Source of the DNA: Alphaproteobacteria bacterium
GTDB taxonomy: Bacteria; Pseudomonadota; Alphaproteobacteria; CALKHQ01
Assembly: GCA_965227515.1 (NCBI GenBank)
Contig: CBDDFZ010000001.1
Coordinates: 1,152,001 to 1,216,000 of the forward strand
Length of the DNA stretch: 64,000 nt
Reading direction: 5' to 3'
Positions 60,300-64,000 of this stretch are shown here, one piece after another. Position numbers and translations under genes: made by a program. A model generated the notes under the pieces. That model saw only the letters and a list, made by a program, of their open reading frames with translations, ran no database searches and was not told the DNA's origin. Position 1 is the stretch's first letter. Each line of letters begins with the position of its first letter.

Positions 60300-60956
60300 T
60301 TAATTCGCGGCGCCGTTGGTCTGGTGGTCCTGAAGCTCCTCCAGTTGTTCCCTCAGTGATGCGTTCTCCGCCTTCAGGCGCGAAATCTCATGGCGCAGGT
60401 CCGACAGGTGCGGCTCCAATTCGTCGAGCGTCAGGCGCTGTGGGATGTGCTGCGGGCAATTCCAGTCGAACGCGGCTATTTCGATGATCACCGCGCGCTC
60501 CGGCCGCGCCTTGTAGCCGTCGACGAAGAGCTGCTCGATCAGGGCGGGATCGTCGGCGATGTCGACCAGCCGGGCATGGCCCCAGATCTTCAGCCGGGCG
60601 CGGTTGGGATAGTCCATCAGGATCAGCGCGACCCGGCCGTCGGACGCCAGATTGCCGGTGCTGATGTACTGCCGGTTGCCGCGGAAGTCGGCGTAGCCGA
60701 TGGTGTTGGCGTCGATCACGCGCAGGAAGCCCGGCGGGCCGCCCCGAAACTGCACATAGGGCCATCCCGTCTCCGACACCGTGGCCTGGTAGAAGCCGTC
60801 GCGGGCCTCGATGAACGCGGCCTCGTTGATGGTCAGCGTGGCGTTCGGCTCGACCTCGGGCGCTGTGAACCGGGCATAGGACTGCGCGGAGCCCTGGCGG
60901 GTCTGCTCATCGAGCACGGCCGGCGTGAAGGCGATTTCTGCAAAGGCGCGGGCCAT
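60300..60956 (-). CDS. Pyridoxamine 5'-phosphate oxidase-like FMN-binding protein
   Basis: F.EIAFTP.V, TVSETGWPYVQFRGGPPGF, GNRQYISTGN, FDWNCPQHIP; GGAGGAG RBS. Confidence 0.92.
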   Translation of the reverse strand: MARAFAEIAFTPAVLDEQTRQGSAQSYARFTAPEVEPNATLTINEAAFIEARDGFYQATVSETGWPYVQFRGGPPGFLRVIDANTIGYADFRGNRQYISTGNLASDGRVALILMDYPNRARLKIWGHARLVDIADDPALIEQLFVDGYKARPERAVIIEIAAFDWNCPQHIPQRLTLDELEPHLSDLRHEISRLKAENASLREQLEELQDHQTNGAAN

Positions 60957-61109
60957 GGGCTCCTCCGACACGCGGTGCGGGGGATGCGCGCCCAACGGCA
61001 GGGCGGCCCATCATAAATGCACCGATCAGTTCACTTACTGTCGAGAGATGGTGCGCCCAGCGGGCTCTGTCAACCGCAATCGAGACCCAAGATAGGATGA
61101 ACCTCGGTT

Positions 61110-61496
61110 CTAGCCCGCGCGATAGAAGGCGTTCACGGCCGGCACGAACTCGATGCCGGGGATGCGCGCGCGCCACTCGTCCTTCCGCGCCTCGGTCCAG
61201 TCGGCATAGAGCTTCACGTCCGACGGGCGGGTCAGCACGCCGCCGGACAGATAGGCGTGGTGTTCCTTCACATGGGCGCCGAGCAGGTGCGCCTCCAGCC
61301 CCTCGTAGCGCCGAAACACTTCCATCCAGCGATAGGTCACTTCGTCCGCGGTCTCGGCCACCCGCATCTGCAGGTGCACCAGCATGTCGGGCTCGATCTC
61401 CTTCACCTGCGCCTGCACGCCGGCGGACCGGCGCTCGTATTCCGATGCGTGGTCGGGATGGACATATTCGAATGCTTCCAGGACGAAGTAGCTCAT
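61110..61496 (-). CDS. Antibiotic-biosynthesis-monooxygenase-like (dimeric alpha-beta barrel) protein
   Basis: EP.ML.H, Y.W.EVF.....L.AHL...HV pattern. Confidence 0.65.
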   Translation of the reverse strand: MSYFVLEAFEYVHPDHASEYERRSAGVQAQVKEIEPDMLVHLQMRVAETADEVTYRWMEVFRRYEGLEAHLLGAHVKEHHAYLSGGVLTRPSDVKLYADWTEARKDEWRARIPGIEFVPAVNAFYRAG

Positions 61497-61606
61497 GTGG
61501 ATTCCGTGCCGATTCCGATGATCAAGTGACGCAGGCATGTTGCCCTAACTGCCACCAGCGGGCCAAGCTACCGCTCACGTGATTTCAAAAAAGGGGAGCG
61601 AAACGC

Positions 61607-62152
61607 ATGGCCGACATGCCCACCGTGATCGACGAGAACACCATGTCCAACAGCTTCGTGGGCGACACGAAGCAGGTTTGTTTGGTGACGCGGGACTTCT
61701 ATCGCACGATGGAGGGCATGGTGCGCGCCGGCATCGGCCCGTGGCGCGTGTACACCTTCGGCCCCGAAACGATGACCGATATCACCTATCGCGGCAAGCC
61801 GTCCCAGCACGCCATGAAGCTGGGCCTCGCGTTCTCCGGCGACATGTGCTGGGAGATCGTGCAGTCGCTGGCCGGCCCGAACATCTACGAGGAGTTCCTG
61901 GAGAAGCACGGCGAGGGCATCCACCACATCGCGTTCACCTGCAACGACATCCCGTGGGAAGAGCAGATCAGGTCGTTCGAGGACCGCGGCTACACGATGA
62001 TCCAGTCAGGTCTGTGGCAGGGCAAGTTCCCGCATGCCTATTTCGAGACCGAGGGCGAGACCACGACGACCTTCGAGATCTATGCCAACCCGAAGGACTT
62101 CTCCTGGCCGGAGCCGGAGGAGTGGTACCCGGCCCCGCCGCCGGGCGCCTGA
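61607..62152 (+). CDS. VOC family protein (methylmalonyl-CoA epimerase-like)
   Basis: QVCLVTRD, GIGPW, WEI.Q.L.GP.IY.EFLEKHGEGIHHIAF; AGGGGAG RBS. Confidence 0.9.
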   Translation: MADMPTVIDENTMSNSFVGDTKQVCLVTRDFYRTMEGMVRAGIGPWRVYTFGPETMTDITYRGKPSQHAMKLGLAFSGDMCWEIVQSLAGPNIYEEFLEKHGEGIHHIAFTCNDIPWEEQIRSFEDRGYTMIQSGLWQGKFPHAYFETEGETTTTFEIYANPKDFSWPEPEEWYPAPPPGA

Positions 62153-62182
62153 CGGCGGGGATGTGACGGCGCATCACACGCG

Positions 62183-63076
62183 TCAGCACGGCTCCATCTG
62201 CAACACGGGACTGCCATTCAGGAAGTTGACGTTCAGCCGGCGGCCAACGGCGGTGTCGAAGAAATCGACCTGCATGGTCGAATGCCACGTCTCGCCCTCG
62301 CCGCCGCATGACGACTGGATGATCCAGGACAGAGCCGGGTTGCCCTGCGGCTCGATCGACAGGAAGTCGCAATAGGACTCGTAGAAGCCAACGCCGGTGC
62401 CGCTGAAGTTGGCGAACGGCGCGTCGCCGCTGTCGACGCAGTTGGCGCCGACGGAGCCCCAATAGCCCTCGAACAGCCAGCGGCCGTTCACGAAACCCTG
62501 CGCGGGCCCGGGCGCGGCCGGACTTGGCTCGGCCTCCGCCGCGATATTGCCACTCCACCCACTGGGCAATGTGAAGAACTGCCATTCCTGGTCGGGGTGC
62601 GTCTCGCATGCCCAGACATTGGGCTGCCCGCCGTCGTACGCACCGTGTTGCTGTAGGTTCAGGCACATATTGTGCGCGCGGTTTCGGATCTTGAACCAGC
62701 CGCCACCGATGTCCTCCACGCGCCACTCCTGATCAGGGTGCGGCTCACACGCCCACACATTCGGCCGTCCACCGTTGTAGGCCTCATGCGGCTGCAAGTT
62801 CAGGCACATATTCCAGGACCGGTTGCGGATCTTGTACCACCCGCCGCCAATGTCCTCGATCCACCACTCCTGATCCGGGTGCTCGACGCAGCCGAAGACG
62901 TCAGGGAAGCCGCCGTTAAAAGCGCCCTGGTCGCGCAGGTTCAGGCACATGCTCCAGCCGCGATTGGCGATCTTGAGCCATTGATCGTCCCAGGCCTGGG
63001 ACGCGCCGGCAAACAGGCCGAGGTTGAAAAACACGACGCATATGCAAACGAATATTTTCCCCACAGCGCTGATCAT
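62183..63076 (-). CDS. Secreted ricin-type beta-trefoil lectin with a Cys-containing C-terminal domain
   Basis: Signal peptide SQA-W; three 47-aa repeats W.KI.NR...MCLNL......GG.P.V..C..HPDQEW (QxW); AAGGA RBS before ATG 63076. Confidence 0.9.
   Translation of the reverse strand: MISAVGKIFVCICVVFFNLGLFAGASQAWDDQWLKIANRGWSMCLNLRDQGAFNGGFPDVFGCVEHPDQEWWIEDIGGGWYKIRNRSWNMCLNLQPHEAYNGGRPNVWACEPHPDQEWRVEDIGGGWFKIRNRAHNMCLNLQQHGAYDGGQPNVWACETHPDQEWQFFTLPSGWSGNIAAEAEPSPAAPGPAQGFVNGRWLFEGYWGSVGANCVDSGDAPFANFSGTGVGFYESYCDFLSIEPQGNPALSWIIQSSCGGEGETWHSTMQVDFFDTAVGRRLNVNFLNGSPVLQMEPC
62582..62980 (-). repeat. 141-bp intragenic tandem repeat (about 2.8 units) forming the lectin trefoil
   Basis: Repeat-start Trp codons at 62980, 62839 and 62698, exactly 141 bp apart. 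Confidence 0.92.
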
Positions 63077-63163
63077 TTTGTGTTCCTTTTTTGGCAAGCG
63101 GGAACGGACGTCGCTGCCAACTTAAGACGGGCGCCGCTGTAAGAACAGGTATTTTGAATATTG

Positions 63164-64000
63164 CTAGAACGAGATCGCGCCGGACAGCGAGATGATGTCG
63201 ACACTGTTCTCGTAGGTCGTCATCAGATTGCCGCGGACCCGGTCGGCGCCGGTGGCGGTCAGGTTGATGTCGCCATCGTCGACGAAGATGTGGGTGTAGG
63301 CAATGTCGAGGCTAACACCCTCCACAGGCTCGTATCCGATGCCGGTGGAAATCCACAGGCGGTCGTTGCCAGGCACCCGCGGCGTGCGCTTGTTGTCCGG
63401 TATCGGCGTCTGGTCGTAGGCGACGCCGAGGCGGAAGTCGAAGTCGCCCGGCGAATAGGTCACGCCCAATGCGGCGAACCAGGTGTCCTCCCAGTTCTCG
63501 GGCGTCACGCTGGCGGCCTGGGCCGGATTGGCGAAGACGATCTCGATGGTCTCGAACGAGCTCCAGTTGGTCCAGGCCAACTCGCCCATCACCGCCCATT
63601 CGTCGTCGAACTCATGGTAGGCGCCGGCCGAGACCACGTGGGGCGTGGACAGGCGGGCCGTCACTTCGGTGTTGACGAACGCGCCGCCCGAACCGGCCGC
63701 GACTGTCGGTCCGATGCCGTTGCCAAGGTCGAACGTCGCATCGCCGTGCAGCTTATGGTTGACCTGCGAGCGGTAGGCGAAGCCGAACCGGGTGCCGTCC
63801 CACGGCTCGAACAGCACGCCCGCGTTCACGCCGAAGCCGATGTCGTCGCCTTCCACCTGGGTGGCGCCGTCGTTGATCAGCGTGCCCGACAATGCGCCGA
63901 CGCCGGCCAGCGTGCCGAAGTCGATGGCCGATTCCAGCTTGGCATAGGCGTACTGGATCTGGGCGCCGACACCGAACGAGAACCAGTCGTTGACCTTGAA
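63164..64000 (-). CDS. FadL/OmpP1-family outer-membrane transporter, 3' part (5' end outside the window)
   Basis: GFGVNAG, TRFG.AYRS.V.H, WTNWSSF, NW.DTW, R.G.AYDQTP, RTPR.P..DR.W, terminal Phe; frame open to the window edge. Confidence 0.92.
   Translation of the reverse strand, partial: FKVNDWFSFGVGAQIQYAYAKLESAIDFGTLAGVGALSGTLINDGATQVEGDDIGFGVNAGVLFEPWDGTRFGFAYRSQVNHKLHGDATFDLGNGIGPTVAAGSGGAFVNTEVTARLSTPHVVSAGAYHEFDDEWAVMGELAWTNWSSFETIEIVFANPAQAASVTPENWEDTWFAALGVTYSPGDFDFRLGVAYDQTPIPDNKRTPRVPGNDRLWISTGIGYEPVEGVSLDIAYTHIFVDDGDINLTATGADRVRGNLMTTYENSVDIISLSGAISF

Overview
A high-GC alphaproteobacterial chromosomal segment, probably Rhodospirillales-like. Its many Asp/Glu-rich secreted proteins suggest a marine organism (inference). 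It is mostly core genes: SUV3/MgpS-type helicase-hslR-terB-fdxA-carD, a GT9/GT2/GT4/AsnB surface-glycan cluster, a TRAP transporter, glutaminase, an Anbu protease, cca-DUF6111-NUDIX-DUF1285, a MoxR/DUF58/DUF4159 operon, tspO, an adenylate cyclase, acs, arfB, scattered sugar-acid catabolic enzymes, a peroxiredoxin/rhodanese/methyltransferase module, and a truncated FadL porin at the right edge. I saw no rRNA, tRNA, CRISPR array or transposase. Five things stand out. (1) A stand-alone ORF (58241-58897) carries the motif set of the Tas1/Apk-type RelA/SpoT-like nucleotide pyrophosphokinase toxin domain, with no delivery domain and no adjacent hydrolase or immunity gene. (2) A six-copy family of ~80-bp intergenic hairpins has compensatory stem changes and a conserved loop found in both orientations relative to the arms. 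In all four copies lying just upstream of a gene, the loop's TATGCT-like hexamer reads towards that gene's start codon, 59-68 nt away. (3) A second family of CGTC/TGTC...CCA REP/REPIN repeats includes a collapsed copy. (4) An AT-rich two-gene island abuts a broken T5orf172/GIY-YIG-like remnant. (5) A ricin-type lectin is nearly three-fold symmetric. All protein calls come from motif recognition by eye, not database searches, and several start codons were re-chosen relative to the ORF track.
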